A stretch of DNA of 64,000 nt from Cenarchaeum sp. (GCA_963693095.2 OY843768.1:672001-736000), one strand, 5' to 3'. Counted from the first letter of the stretch, positions 40,413-51,109 are shown. Notes: a model not told the origin generated them from the letters alone. Translations and numbers: made by a program.

Positions 40413-41525
40413 CTAGGAGCGCATGACTAGCACGGTGGATGATGTGGCCGCCGCTGCCATGTTGTGGACCAGGCCAGTTCGGGCAGACTCGACCTGTCGC
40501 CTGTCAGCCCGTCCTCCAAGCTGCCTCGATATCTCGACGGCCTGTGCGATGCCTGTTGCCCCTAGCGCGTGGCCTGCGCCCAGTATTCCGCCACGCGGGT
40601 TTAGCGCCCTGCTGCCCGTTGAGTGCATGTCGCAGATTGCCGCAGCGCCACGGCCCTGTGGCGCCATGCCGACGGCCTCGGCTGCCATCGCCTCGCACAC
40701 GGCAAACGCGTCATGGACCTCGGCTACGTCAATGCCCGCAGCGTCCGTGCGCGCCATGCGAAGCGCGTCAGCTGACGCCTTTGCGGCAGACTCGAGGCGT
40801 GACATTGAAGGGTTGGACAGCAGGCCGGCCCCAAGCGTGCTCTGGCCGACACCGCATATCCACGCAGGCGTCTCACAGGCCCTGCGCGCCACGCCTTCAG
40901 AGGCCACAATCACGGCCGCAGCGCCCGTGCACGCCCTCGAGCACTCTAGGAGGCGCAGGCCCGGCGCGACGGGGCGCGAGGCCATGACATCATCGACCGT
41001 CCAGGCGTCGTGCGCATAGGCATCAGGGTTTGCCTGCGCGTTCTGGTGCGCGCGTGCGGCGACTGTCGCAATCTCTTCGGCGTTTACGCCATGCTCGTCC
41101 ATGTATGCGCGCGCAAAGCGTGACGCCCATGCCACCGGACGGCGGTCATCCCCGCGCGACTCGTCCCACTCAAACACGCGACCCGGCCCGTCATGCGCGT
41201 CGGCTCCGGCAACGAGAATCATGTCGGCAAGTCCTGCTTTGACGTGCGCGTATGCCGAGACTATTGCGTTTGTCCCCGAGCTGCAAAGGCTCTCAACGGT
41301 CTGCGCGGTTCCGGCCTGCGCGCCGAGTGCCTCGGCGAGGATTGGGCCAAGATATCCCGCATTGTCGTTAGTCGAGACGATGACGCCCCCAATGTCAGCA
41401 CCCTCGATGCCATTCGTGGATCCCAGCGCGCCTTGCGAGGCTTCGCGCAGCAAGCCCTCGATCGAGGCGGTGCCATGTGCCTCAAAGCGCACAGTTGCGG
41501 CGCCCACTATGGCCACACGGTCCAC
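40413..41525 (-). CDS. Thiolase-family protein (SCP-x-like acetyl-CoA acetyltransferase)
   Basis: VESLCSSG, AEVHDAF, NPRGG...GHALGATG and GLVHNMA. Confidence 0.9.
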   Translation of the reverse strand: MDRVAIVGAATVRFEAHGTASIEGLLREASQGALGSTNGIEGADIGGVIVSTNDNAGYLGPILAEALGAQAGTAQTVESLCSSGTNAIVSAYAHVKAGLADMILVAGADAHDGPGRVFEWDESRGDDRRPVAWASRFARAYMDEHGVNAEEIATVAARAHQNAQANPDAYAHDAWTVDDVMASRPVAPGLRLLECSRACTGAAAVIVASEGVARRACETPAWICGVGQSTLGAGLLSNPSMSRLESAAKASADALRMARTDAAGIDVAEVHDAFAVCEAMAAEAVGMAPQGRGAAAICDMHSTGSRALNPRGGILGAGHALGATGIAQAVEISRQLGGRADRRQVESARTGLVHNMAAAATSSTVLVMRS

Positions 41526-42494
41526 TCACTCACCCCCAAAGGCCGACACTAGCAGGCCAAATGACTCGGCGACATCACCGACAGGGTTGAACTGGAGTAT
41601 CGGGTGCGTCACGCCGGCATCGGCAAACCTTTTGAGCTGCTGCCTGCATGACTCGGGTGCCCCAAACACGGCGAGCTCGCGCGCCATCGAGTCAGGCACC
41701 AGGTCCGCACAGCGCGGCACGCCTGTCCTCGCGTACTCTTCATGGATCGCCGCAGTCTCTGAGGCGTACCCGTTGCGCGCGAGAAACTCCCTGTATGCCC
41801 TGCCGACTGCGACATAGAAGGATATCGTCGACTTTGCCCTCCTGATGGCCGCCTCCTCGTCATGCGAGACTGCCGTTATTATCTGGAGCGCGACGTCAAG
41901 GCCGGGGTTTGAGCTCCGCAGGCGCGCAGCGGCCGCAGGGATCTCGCGGATCGGCCGCAGGTAGAGTATCGCGCCGTCGGCGACCTCGGCGGCAAGCGAG
42001 ACCATTGCAGGGCCGACGGCTGCAAGGTATATCGGAATCCGCTTGCGAACCGGCCGTATGAGCAGGCCAAAGCCCGAGAGGCTAAACAGGCGCCCGTCAT
42101 GCTCTATCTTTTCTCCCGAGCACGCAAGGCGCACAATCTCGACATACTCGCGCACGCGCGCAAGCGGCGAGTCCTGGCTCATGCCATGCAGGCCGCCGAC
42201 GATCGGCGCGCTGCTGGCCCCGAGCCCGAGTATCGCCCTCCCGCCGCCAAGCGTGTCAGCAGTTAGTGCGCCCATGGCGACTAGGGCCGGCGAGCGCGAA
42301 TAGACGTTGATGATCGACGAGCCAATCCTGGGCAGGCGGGCCACCTGTGACACGGCGCCCATCATCGCAAAGCACTCCATGCCCCACGTCTCGGGTATCC
42401 AGATGGTGTCAGTCTCGGCCCTGTCAGCAACCCTTGCGCAGGAGACGACCTCGTCGACTGTGAGGAGGGAGCCTAGGCTGTACGACACGCGCAT
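41526..42494 (-). CDS. LLM-class flavin/F420-dependent oxidoreductase
   Basis: WIPETWG, INVYSRSPAL, GGRAILGLG and IPIYLAAVGP. Confidence 0.9.
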   Translation of the reverse strand: MRVSYSLGSLLTVDEVVSCARVADRAETDTIWIPETWGMECFAMMGAVSQVARLPRIGSSIINVYSRSPALVAMGALTADTLGGGRAILGLGASSAPIVGGLHGMSQDSPLARVREYVEIVRLACSGEKIEHDGRLFSLSGFGLLIRPVRKRIPIYLAAVGPAMVSLAAEVADGAILYLRPIREIPAAAARLRSSNPGLDVALQIITAVSHDEEAAIRRAKSTISFYVAVGRAYREFLARNGYASETAAIHEEYARTGVPRCADLVPDSMARELAVFGAPESCRQQLKRFADAGVTHPILQFNPVGDVAESFGLLVSAFGGE

Positions 42495-42524
42495 CTTGCG
42501 TGCGCGGCCGCACGCGCGTATATT

Positions 42525-43220
42525 CTAGTGTTTCACCGCCCTTTTGCCATATGGCGGCATTATCGAGCGCACGCGCACGGCACACTCGGCGAGGTCACGG
42601 TGCGAGTCTATCGAGTGCCACTGCGCGCCGGCAAACCTCTCCATGCCGAGTTTTCCACGCGCGGCCATCCTCGCAAAGAGCGTCCTCTCGGCGTCGCCCT
42701 TGCGCGGCATCGCGCGCAGTGTCTGGCGCGACAGGTGGTACACGCCTGCGTTCATCCACATGTCGCCGACCTCGCCCTTTTCGCGAAATGCCGTGAGCGC
42801 ATCGCCCCTTGACTCTAGCACGCCATACTGCGTGCGCAGGCGCACGGCCGCTATCGCGTCTGCCCTGCGCGCAAGCCCCTTGATGTCGATATCGGTGATC
42901 ACGTCACCGTTGATCACAATGGCCGACTTGCCCCTGACTAGCGGCTCGGCCCTCCTCATGGCCCCACCCGTCCCAAGCGGCGAGGCCTCTGCCGAGACGA
43001 TGACTGACCTGCCCATGCCGCGCGCCTCGACATAGTTCTCTATCTGCCCTGCCCTGTATCCCGTGCACACGACAATCCTGCGCACGCCGTGGTGGCGCAG
43101 GTATCCCACCTGCCACTCGAGTATTGGAATGTTGTCAAGCGGAACTAGCGGCTTTGGCAGATAGTCCGTTATCGGCCTGAGCCTCTCGCCCCTGCCCCCG
43201 GCAAGTATCATCGCGTCCAT
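42525..43220 (-). CDS. Sugar-phosphate nucleotidyltransferase
   Basis: ILAGGRGERLRPIT...PKPL, PLGTGGA and VINGDV. Confidence 0.92.
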   Translation of the reverse strand: MDAMILAGGRGERLRPITDYLPKPLVPLDNIPILEWQVGYLRHHGVRRIVVCTGYRAGQIENYVEARGMGRSVIVSAEASPLGTGGAMRRAEPLVRGKSAIVINGDVITDIDIKGLARRADAIAAVRLRTQYGVLESRGDALTAFREKGEVGDMWMNAGVYHLSRQTLRAMPRKGDAERTLFARMAARGKLGMERFAGAQWHSIDSHRDLAECAVRVRSIMPPYGKRAVKH

Positions 43221-43304
43221 GCGTGCGCTCGCCCGCATGCGTCCATAATTCAAGTGTAGCGCATCGCCCGTGCGCACAGGCGCCGCATGGCGCGCCTTGA
43301 TGGC

Positions 43305-43838
43305 CTATGCGCTGCCCGTTTCGAGTATGGCGGTCCCCAGATAGTATCCGGCCATGATGAGCGCGGTGCACCAGACCACCGAGCCGGCAAGCGTGTATAG
43401 CACAAAGACGCCGACTCGCATGCCAAGGAGGCCTGCGGGTATCGAGACTAGCTCGCGAAAGACAGGCACCATCCTGCCCAGGAGGACCGCCTTGTGGCCG
43501 TGCCGGCCAAACCACGCCTCGGCGCGCTCGACGCGCGCGGCGCCCACTCTGGCGCGGCGCAGGTGGCGCAGCACTGCGGCCCTGCCGAGGCGGCGCGAGG
43601 CGACATAGAGGACGAGTGCGCTCACCGTCGCGCCGGCGCCACCGGGCACCCCAAGGAGTGCGGCCTGGACTGGGCCGACTCCGGCCTGTGCTGCGACATA
43701 TCCGGCCGTGGGCAGGACGAGCAGGGTGGGCACTGGCGGCACGATCGTCTCGACTAGCGAGGCCAAAAAGACGCCGATGACGAGGTTTTCAGATATCAGG
43801 TTCACTAGCCACTCGGCGATCGTCGCCAGCGCGTCCAT
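43305..43838 (-). CDS. DedA-family membrane protein
   Basis: ETIVPPVP, WFGRHG...GRMVPVFRELVSIPAG. Confidence 0.9.
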   Translation of the reverse strand: MDALATIAEWLVNLISENLVIGVFLASLVETIVPPVPTLLVLPTAGYVAAQAGVGPVQAALLGVPGGAGATVSALVLYVASRRLGRAAVLRHLRRARVGAARVERAEAWFGRHGHKAVLLGRMVPVFRELVSIPAGLLGMRVGVFVLYTLAGSVVWCTALIMAGYYLGTAILETGSA

Positions 43839-43848
43839 CTGTGCCGAA

Positions 43849-44241
43849 TCACCGGCGTGGGCGCATCATTCGGTGCGCGCCTAGCGCGGCGACTAGAACG
43901 CCGATTCCGACTAGCGGTCCGGCCTCCATTGCGGCATTGCGGCCCTCCTCCATGGCCATCGAGGGGTCAGCCAGGGCAAGAACCGCTGCGCCACCAACTG
44001 CGACAAGCGCACCGGACACGATGATCATTGCGCCAAGGCCCACAGACGCCTCGCGCCGCGAGATGACATATGCTATGAATGGCAGGACGATCGACGGGCC
44101 GCCAATGCCAATGCCTCGCGTCTTGCCGTCAAGTGGCAAAAACCCCGACTCTGCGCCCTGGGAGACTGCAACGTCGGCCCCATATATCGAGAGCAGTGCG
44201 ATCGAGATGCCAACTAGGACATATGCTATAGCCGAGGCCAT
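43849..44241 (-). CDS. Hypothetical four-TM membrane protein
   Basis: Four hydrophobic segments; TTTATAA upstream on the minus strand. Confidence 0.7.
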   Translation of the reverse strand: MASAIAYVLVGISIALLSIYGADVAVSQGAESGFLPLDGKTRGIGIGGPSIVLPFIAYVISRREASVGLGAMIIVSGALVAVGGAAVLALADPSMAMEEGRNAAMEAGPLVGIGVLVAALGAHRMMRPRR

Positions 44242-44536
44242 CGTTGGCGCATGGCCCTGAGCGTGGTTATAAACCTAAACGCGTGCAGGCGCCGCTTGAT
44301 AACCGGTGATCGCGCGATCCAAACCTGTGCGCACCGGCGCCGCGCGCAGGCCCGTCACCCCGGGGAGCCCAGGCGCCGACCTCGTGCGCCGGGCTCTGTG
44401 CCATGCGGAAGGGGGCGCTGTCCATTCGAGTCCTCTGACCACCCGTGGTTCCATGTTTTGGCATTTGCGACCGTGCGCGCAGACCATGGCCAACAAGATG
44501 TTGGCCACCGAATCGTCGCATGCCGGCCCTTTTCGA

Positions 44537-45784
44537 CTAGGTGACCCCGCTGGCCCCTGGAGGTTTGCTGCCTGAACCGTCTCCGGCGCCGATCTTGCCC
44601 TGGGAAGGCGCATCCGGAATGGCAGGCGCGTGAACTTCGAGCGCGCCGCGTGCTGAGTCGAGCGAATCGAGGAGTTCATTGACGTCCTGGCCGTGTTCGC
44701 CGACAATGTTGGCATGGCCAAGCTTGCGACGCGGCCTTGTGGTGGCCTTGTGGTACATCTTTACATGCACACGCGCATCATCTGACTTTGGCTCGGCGTA
44801 TTCGCCCTCTAGGCCGTCAGGCCCGAGGATGTTGTGCATTATTGTGGGCCTCAGTATCTCCACCGGACCAGGATCCATTCCAAGGATCGCCCTCAGGTGC
44901 TGCTCAAACTGTGACACCCTGCATGAGTGGAGCGTGTGGTGGCCAGAGTTGTGCACCCGTGGAGCTATCTCGTTGACGAGTATCTCGCCCCTGCGCGTCA
45001 CAAACATCTCTATTCCAAACACGCCTGCCCCCTCTAGCGCATCAAGTGTCATGCGTGCCACCTCGGCGGCGCGCATCATGACATTGCGGCTTGCGCGCGC
45101 AGGCGCTATTGTCGTGCGCAGTATTCCCCGATCATGAATGTTCTCAACTGGCGGATATGCGGCGACATCACCGCTCGTGTTGCGCGCAATGATCACAGAG
45201 ACCTCCATCTCAAAGTCCACCCTCCTCTCCAGCATCGTTGGCAGTCCGCCAAAGTGCTCTAGTGCTGACGCATAGTTCTTTACGCCGCGCATGTCAAGGT
45301 TTCCCTTGCCGTCATACCCGCCGCGCCTGGCCTTGAGAACCACCCTCCTGCCAAACTTTGCCGTGACGCGCTCGAGGTCATCTAGCCCGTCGACTCGCGC
45401 AAAGTCTGGAACAGGTATGCCGCGCGAGGAGAGGAACTCTTTTTGCGCGAGCTTGTCGTTGATCGTGCGAAGCGTCGCAGGCGAGGGCTCCACGCGCGCA
45501 GTTCCAGAGGCCGCAGCGCGCTCTAGCGCATCGGCGTTGCCGCCCTCAAACTCGTACGTGATCACGTCGCACTTTTCTGCCAGCCTCGCAGTCGCGTCGG
45601 CATCGTCATACGGCGCGACGATCTGCTCGGCTCCGGCAAGCGTTGCAGGGCACCCCGGCGTCGGATCCAGGACGGTGATGCCGGATATGTCGTCCTTCAT
45701 GGACGCGGCGGCCTCGGCGAGCATCATGCCGAGCTGGCCGCCGCCGATGATTCCGACTGACCTCATGCGCTCCCCGTGCGCCAT
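44537..45784 (-). CDS. purK: N5-carboxyaminoimidazole ribonucleotide synthase
   Basis: GIIGGGQLGMML, GGYDGKG, NEIAPRVHNSGH, SQFEQHLRA and RKLGH. Confidence 0.95.
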   Translation of the reverse strand: MAHGERMRSVGIIGGGQLGMMLAEAAASMKDDISGITVLDPTPGCPATLAGAEQIVAPYDDADATARLAEKCDVITYEFEGGNADALERAAASGTARVEPSPATLRTINDKLAQKEFLSSRGIPVPDFARVDGLDDLERVTAKFGRRVVLKARRGGYDGKGNLDMRGVKNYASALEHFGGLPTMLERRVDFEMEVSVIIARNTSGDVAAYPPVENIHDRGILRTTIAPARASRNVMMRAAEVARMTLDALEGAGVFGIEMFVTRRGEILVNEIAPRVHNSGHHTLHSCRVSQFEQHLRAILGMDPGPVEILRPTIMHNILGPDGLEGEYAEPKSDDARVHVKMYHKATTRPRRKLGHANIVGEHGQDVNELLDSLDSARGALEVHAPAIPDAPSQGKIGAGDGSGSKPPGASGVT

Positions 45785-45848
45785 CGAGGGATTAAAAACC
45801 ATGAGCGCGCATAGGGTAATTAACCCCCACAGGCCGTGCCACGCGCGC

Positions 45849-46427
45849 TTGGCGCGCCCCGCAAGGCCCCTTGTGGGCATAATCATGGGTTCATCATCGG
45901 ACAGCGAGACGATGAGTGCGGCAGGTGAGGTTCTTGACAGGTTTGGCGTCGCGCACGAGGACCAGATAGTCTCGGCGCACAGGACACCGGCACGCCTCGC
46001 CGAGTATGCGGACCATGCCGAGGAGATCGGCCTCGGCGCAATCATAGCCGGCGCAGGGGGCGCCGCTCACCTCCCCGGCATGATCGCATCAAACACGCTC
46101 ATTCCGGTCATCGGCGTGCCAATAGCGGCCGGCGCGACGCGCCACGTGCGCGCAGGGACATCGCGCCTCGCGGCCCTGGGCGGCCTTGATGCGCTCCTCT
46201 CGATCTCCGAGATGCCCACCGGCTCGCCTGTTGCGTGCGTTGGCATAAACAAGGCCGCCAACGCCGGCCTTTATGCGCTAAAGATACTCGCCGTCGAGTC
46301 GCCTGCGCTGCGCAAGAGGCTAGCGTCGCACAGGCTAGAGCAGCACAAGTCCGTCGTTAAAGAGTCAGAGAGGATGCGCAAGTCCGGCATTCGCGCGTTC
46401 TCGGCGCGCCTCAAGAAAGCACGCTAA
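45849..46427 (+). CDS. purE: N5-CAIR mutase
   Basis: IIMGSSSD, VSAHRTP, AGAGGAAHLPGM and GLDALLSI.EMP.G.PVA. Confidence 0.96.
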   Translation: MARPARPLVGIIMGSSSDSETMSAAGEVLDRFGVAHEDQIVSAHRTPARLAEYADHAEEIGLGAIIAGAGGAAHLPGMIASNTLIPVIGVPIAAGATRHVRAGTSRLAALGGLDALLSISEMPTGSPVACVGINKAANAGLYALKILAVESPALRKRLASHRLEQHKSVVKESERMRKSGIRAFSARLKKAR

Positions 46428-47619
46428 ACTGCAGGTCAAGGGCGCGCAGGCTAGCGAGGAGCTCCTCGGTGTTCTGCGGTCCCTGCGTCTCCAGGCTCAT
46501 CGTGACGCCGGCCGAACCGGCGTTTATGCTCGAGCTCAGCCTGTCGTGGACAACCTCGACAATGTTGACGTTTGCGCTAGTTATCGCATTGACCATGTCC
46601 CTGAACATGCCGGGCCGGTCATGGAGTATGACCGATATCTTTAGGAGCCTTCCCGTTGCGGCAAGGCCCTTGTCGACGATCTGGCCGAGGAGATACATGT
46701 CAATGTTGCCGCCAGCAAGGATTGCGACTGTCTTTTTTCCCGGCGAGGGCTTTTTTGCTAGGATGTGCGCAAGGCCTGCGACGCCGGCCGGCTCGACGAC
46801 AGTCTTTGCGCGCTCCATCAGGTAGAACATTGCGCGAATAAGCGCAGTGTCATCGACGGTGACGACGTCATCGGCAAGGCGCTTTATGATCTCAAGGGTC
46901 ATGGCCCCCGGCCTCCTCACCGATATGCCGTCAGCTATTGTCCTGCCGCCCTCGACTGTGGCCTGCGTGCCCTGCCTCACTGACTCTATCATTGACGGAA
47001 ACGCCGATGACTGGACGCCGATTACGCGAACCGACGGGTGCGTCTCCTTTACGGCGATGAGGACGCCGGCTGCGAGGCCCCCGCCGCCGACTGGCAGGTA
47101 TATCTCATCGACGTCAGGCAGGTCCTCGAGTATCTCTAGGCCAATGACGCCCTGCGCGGCGATCACCTTTTCGTCATCAAAGGCGTGGATGATCGTCGCC
47201 CCGCTGGAGGAGGCCAGCGTGCGCGCGTGCTCCCAGGCCTCGTCATAGCTTGCGCCATGCAGTATGACATCGGCGCCGTATCCGGAAGTTGCCGCAACCT
47301 TTGCCGGCGATGCCGACGTGGGCATGACGATCGTGCACCGTATGCCTTCTGAGCTTGCCGCGTACGCCACGCCCTGCGCGTGGTTTCCGGCCGAGGCGGC
47401 AACCACGCCGGCGCGCCTCTCGTCCTCGCCCATGGACATTATGCGGTGCGACGCCCCGCGTATCTTGAAGGAGCCGGTCTTTTGCCGATACTCCTCCTTT
47501 AGGTAGACGTCTGAGCCCGTCTCCTGGCTAAAGAACGGCGAGCGCGTAAGCGGAGTGTGGCGTATGTCCCGTCCCCGCTCCCTGTTGGCCTCTAGCACGT
47601 CCGCATATGCGACTCCCAT
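46411..47619 (-). CDS. ilvA: Threonine ammonia-lyase with C-terminal ACT domain
   Basis: QKTGSFKIRGA, ASAGNHAQG, PVGGGGL, TIADGI and DRPG ACT domain. Confidence 0.93.
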   Translation of the reverse strand: MGVAYADVLEANRERGRDIRHTPLTRSPFFSQETGSDVYLKEEYRQKTGSFKIRGASHRIMSMGEDERRAGVVAASAGNHAQGVAYAASSEGIRCTIVMPTSASPAKVAATSGYGADVILHGASYDEAWEHARTLASSSGATIIHAFDDEKVIAAQGVIGLEILEDLPDVDEIYLPVGGGGLAAGVLIAVKETHPSVRVIGVQSSAFPSMIESVRQGTQATVEGGRTIADGISVRRPGAMTLEIIKRLADDVVTVDDTALIRAMFYLMERAKTVVEPAGVAGLAHILAKKPSPGKKTVAILAGGNIDMYLLGQIVDKGLAATGRLLKISVILHDRPGMFRDMVNAITSANVNIVEVVHDRLSSSINAGSAGVTMSLETQGPQNTEELLASLRALDLQFSVLS

Positions 47620-47742
47620 GATGGCCGCATGGCGCAGGGTAGCGTATATTTGAATTTCCATACTTGCCTACCCATGTCAGGCACGCGCGGGGCAGAAATG
47701 TCCACGGTGATGCGGCATTGCGTGCGCCGCCAGGCCCGCACG

Positions 47743-48570
47743 TCAGTGCGCCGCATCGAGTGCGCCACGCAGTTGCCGCACCCTGCGCACGAGTGCCTTG
47801 CGTTCTGCGTCAGGAACGCTTTCGGGGTCCAGCCCGCCGCCGGTGCGCTCCAGGTCCAGCGAAAAGACATATCCCTCCTCCCCGCCTACAAGGCGCGCCT
47901 CGTCAATGAGGACCTGTGATGTGCTATACGCCTCAAGAAGGTAAGAGTCGAGCTCGGCAAAGAGCTCGGCCTTTGTCTCCTCGAGTGACTTTGCTGCAGG
48001 TCCGGCACTCGAGTCGATCTCTCCGGCAATGCTCTCGCGGAGCGCTTCATCATTATAGAGCGCCTCAAAGATTTCTTGCTCGCTCTTTGGCGCCGCACCG
48101 TCATGCTCTAGCCGCCGGCGGACTATGGTGTCAGCCGCACTTGCGCGATCCTCGCCGGCGCCGGCCCGCTCGATGGCCTCACTCAGCCTCTTTTGGCAGT
48201 CCATGACGCGCTGGTCAGGGACATAGTAGAGGAGAACGTGGTACTGGAGCGAGAGGTGGCCCGAGAGCACATAGTCGCCCTCGCTGACCGTAAACTTGGT
48301 GAACAGCCGCCTCTTGTCGTCGTTGCTCGTCGTGCTCACGTCGCGCGAGTCCCAGCCCTCAAGTGCCACGACTGTGCGCTCGAGTGCCGTCTGCGCGCGC
48401 TGTGGGTCAAAGGTCTCCTCGTCGCGCACCGTGCCGTCCCCGAGCATGACGTGCGCGCTCGTAGTCTCGGTGCACGCGCCCATCAGGCGCCCGTACGCGT
48501 CACGTGCGGCGCCGGCCTCGGCGGCAAGCTCGGCCATGAACGCATCCTCGGTGCCGGTTCCAAGCCTCAT
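47743..48570 (-). CDS. Hypothetical protein
   Basis: About 275-aa ORF with host-like codon usage. Confidence 0.7.
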   Translation of the reverse strand: MRLGTGTEDAFMAELAAEAGAARDAYGRLMGACTETTSAHVMLGDGTVRDEETFDPQRAQTALERTVVALEGWDSRDVSTTSNDDKRRLFTKFTVSEGDYVLSGHLSLQYHVLLYYVPDQRVMDCQKRLSEAIERAGAGEDRASAADTIVRRRLEHDGAAPKSEQEIFEALYNDEALRESIAGEIDSSAGPAAKSLEETKAELFAELDSYLLEAYSTSQVLIDEARLVGGEEGYVFSLDLERTGGGLDPESVPDAERKALVRRVRQLRGALDAAH

Positions 48571-48665
48571 GCCCCAACGGCCTCGCACGCCTTGCCATAA
48601 AGCCTTGCGCGCCATGCCGCAACGGCCCCAATCCACATAAAAGCAAGACCCGTTCTAGCCCTGAC

Positions 48666-49454
48666 GTGTCAGGCGCAAGAGACCCGGATCGCAGCATGGA
48701 CGACGAGAGCGTCCTGCGCAGGATGCTCGGGCGCGGCGAGGCCAAGACAGTCGATGCCGAGACGCTCATCTTGGAGGTCCAAAAGCACGTCGCCGGGGCC
48801 CTAGAGAGCGGGTACGAGTACAACACGACGCTCGAAAAGTCAGACGCCTTTTTGCGCGGGAGGGTCCTCTCGAGAATGGACATTGTGGTGATGTACGTCG
48901 ACCTTGTGGGCTCGACAGAGATCGCCCTCAGGCTTCCAGTTGACAGGGTTGCCACGATAATCAGCGCATTTGCGCAAGAGATGGCCCGTGTCGTCACGAG
49001 GCACGGGGGCCTGGTCCTAAAGTTCGTCGGCGATGCGGTCCTCGCGTACTTTGTGGCCGACGAGAACTCCCTCCAGGCCGCCGACAGCGCCGTGCGGTGC
49101 GCAATGTCCATGATCGACGTCATAGACAGGGGAATAAACCCGATACTCGGAAAGGCCGGCCATCCCGAGCTAAAGATAAAGATTGGGCTGGACTTTGGCA
49201 CCGGCATAATCGTCAGGTATGGCGCAGACGAGCAAAAGTCATACGTGGACATTCTCGGGCCGCCGATGAACATTGCCGCAAAGATTCAGTCGCACGCAAG
49301 GCCAAACCAGATACTCATTGGCCATGACGTGTACTCGCGCCTGCATCCCACGGCACAAGAGGAGTTTGCCGAGGTCGTGTGGACAAGGGGAGAGTGGAAG
49401 TACAAGTCACGCGACACTGGCGAGCTCTACAGGGTGTTCGAGCACAAAGCCTAG
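48666..49454 (+). CDS. Class III adenylate/guanylate cyclase domain protein
   Basis: MYVDLVGST, LKFVGDAV, KIGLDFG and DILGPPMNIAAKIQ. Confidence 0.9.
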   Translation: MSGARDPDRSMDDESVLRRMLGRGEAKTVDAETLILEVQKHVAGALESGYEYNTTLEKSDAFLRGRVLSRMDIVVMYVDLVGSTEIALRLPVDRVATIISAFAQEMARVVTRHGGLVLKFVGDAVLAYFVADENSLQAADSAVRCAMSMIDVIDRGINPILGKAGHPELKIKIGLDFGTGIIVRYGADEQKSYVDILGPPMNIAAKIQSHARPNQILIGHDVYSRLHPTAQEEFAEVVWTRGEWKYKSRDTGELYRVFEHKA

Positions 49455-49600
49455 GCGGTCCATCGCCCAGGGCACTCCACATGCTCATAGTGGTGCTCGG
49501 TGAGGCGCTCGTTGATGACATACATGACGATCTTGTGGAGGTCAGTCTCCCCAATCTCGCCGCTGCACCTGTCGCACCTCTTTGCGCCGTGTCCTGTCAT
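49451..49600 (-). CDS. 49-aa putative zinc-binding peptide
   Basis: MTGHGAKRCDRCSGEIGETDLHKIVMYVINERLTEHHYEHVECPGRWTA; TTATA box upstream; stop shares CTAG with the cyclase gene. Confidence 0.6.
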   Translation of the reverse strand: MTGHGAKRCDRCSGEIGETDLHKIVMYVINERLTEHHYEHVECPGRWTA

Positions 49601-50082
49601 CGTGGAGCACGCCATGCAGGCCCCTTTTGTATAAGGATCGGAGATTAGCAGATGTTGAGCAACGGTGACCCGGCGTCAATTTTACGCACAAATCCGTGTC
49701 ACCGCAGGCCCGTGCGCGGCGGTTACACATTGGACGTGAGTCGCCCCACCCAGAGCTGCCCCCTGAGCAGTGGCTGACACGTTGCGGCTCCACGGCAGAC
49801 ATGGCCTGCCAGGGGCCATGTGCAGGGCATTGCGCGATACGCGCAGCCGCGTGCGCTCCCCGGATAACAGCACCATGGGCATCAGAGCATTGCGTCCGTG
49901 ATCTCGCACAGTGGAGGCGAGCATGGCGCATCGCTCCCTGATGCGCACATGCCGGCGAGCTTGCGATCTTGTCGCGCCCAGTCAGCTTTTCTTTGAAACA
50001 GGCGAGCCGCACGTGACTGGCACGGGCGCATGGCCGACTAGCGACAAGACAGTAATATACAGGCATCCTGGCGTGTCCTGCC

Positions 50083-50457
50083 ATGGACACGGCAACTCCA
50101 CCGTTCACGCGAGGCCCACAGGGAGCCCCGTCATGGGATCCCGAACGCTTCTCAAGGCTGCCTCCCGGAGTGTCACTTCCGTCCATACGGCCGGCCAACA
50201 TGGCAGCCGGCACGCCGACTAGCCGCATCGGGGCAACAATTGGCGACTATCGCGATGCGCACAGAATGTACACGATGGGCCTGCTCTCAATGCCCGCAGC
50301 GCCCCCCGTGCCGCCCGGTCATCCGCTCTATGCGCAGAATGCAACACTCGGCGTGCTTCGTGACGAGAACGAGCGCCTAAAGGCCGAGAACTCCAAGCTT
50401 CGCGGCGAGCTAGAGCACAATGCGCGCGAGTCAGGCGGCCAGCCTAGGCCGGCGTGA
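50083..50457 (+). CDS. Hypothetical Pro-rich/coiled-coil protein
   Basis: TAATATA about 25 nt upstream; C-terminal heptad LRDENERLKAENSKLRGEL. Confidence 0.55.
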   Translation: MDTATPPFTRGPQGAPSWDPERFSRLPPGVSLPSIRPANMAAGTPTSRIGATIGDYRDAHRMYTMGLLSMPAAPPVPPGHPLYAQNATLGVLRDENERLKAENSKLRGELEHNARESGGQPRPA

Positions 50458-50860
50458 ATCCCTGATATCCGCCGCCGCTCTGCTGTGTAGAGTCCTTGAA
50501 TGACGGCTCAAAGAGCGAGATCATATAGCTGTCGGGATCCAGTATTATCGCGTTCTTGCCGGCCTCGTGCTCTACTATGTCACGATAGACCTTGACGCCC
50601 TTGGGCGCAAGCTCCTCTAGTGCCGACTTTACGTCACCGACGACAAACCCAATGATGATTCCGTTCTCTATGGAGCTGCCCATGTGCTCGGCAGTCAGCG
50701 ATGCGGGGTGTATGCTAAGGAGCGCGCCCGTGGTGCCAAGGTCCACCCATGTCCTCCTCTGGCTCTTTATCGGCAAGCCGATGACATTGTGGTAAAACTC
50801 GACTGAGCGGTCAAGGTCCTTGACGGCGAGTATGACGTTGCCGAGCCTCTTGACGTTCAC
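50444..50860 (-). CDS. VOC/glyoxalase-family protein
   Basis: VILAVKDLDRSVEFY...GL and IILDPDSYMISL. Confidence 0.9.
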   Translation of the reverse strand: MNVKRLGNVILAVKDLDRSVEFYHNVIGLPIKSQRRTWVDLGTTGALLSIHPASLTAEHMGSSIENGIIIGFVVGDVKSALEELAPKGVKVYRDIVEHEAGKNAIILDPDSYMISLFEPSFKDSTQQSGGGYQGFTPA

Positions 50861-50896
50861 GATCCGCGCACCATGCCTCCCTTGTTAAAACCCTTG

Positions 50897-51109
50897 CTAT
50901 TGGACCTCCATCATGGTCTCGGTCCGCTCCACTCCGCTTATCCTTTGAACCCTGTCCACGACATCCTTGACCTCGGACATGTCGGCCACCTCGACTGTGA
51001 GAACCGCATCAAACTGGCCGCTCACCGGAAACGAGTCAAAGCTGATCTTTCGCAGCTTTGCGGCGATGAGCTTTTTTGGCGACTTTACCAGAATTACGGC
51101 CTTTACCAA
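50897..51109 (-). CDS. Stand-alone Lrp/AsnC ligand-binding (RAM) domain protein
   Basis: VKAVILVK...VSGQFDAVL.VE...ISGVERTET. Confidence 0.8.
   Translation of the reverse strand: MVKAVILVKSPKKLIAAKLRKISFDSFPVSGQFDAVLTVEVADMSEVKDVVDRVQRISGVERTETMMEVQ

Noticed and set aside
45291-46045. Long N-terminal extensions of purE and purK (similarly gap and dsbA)
   Set aside because: Artefacts of upstream in-frame starts overlapping the divergent gene; real starts lie near the TATA-like boxes.
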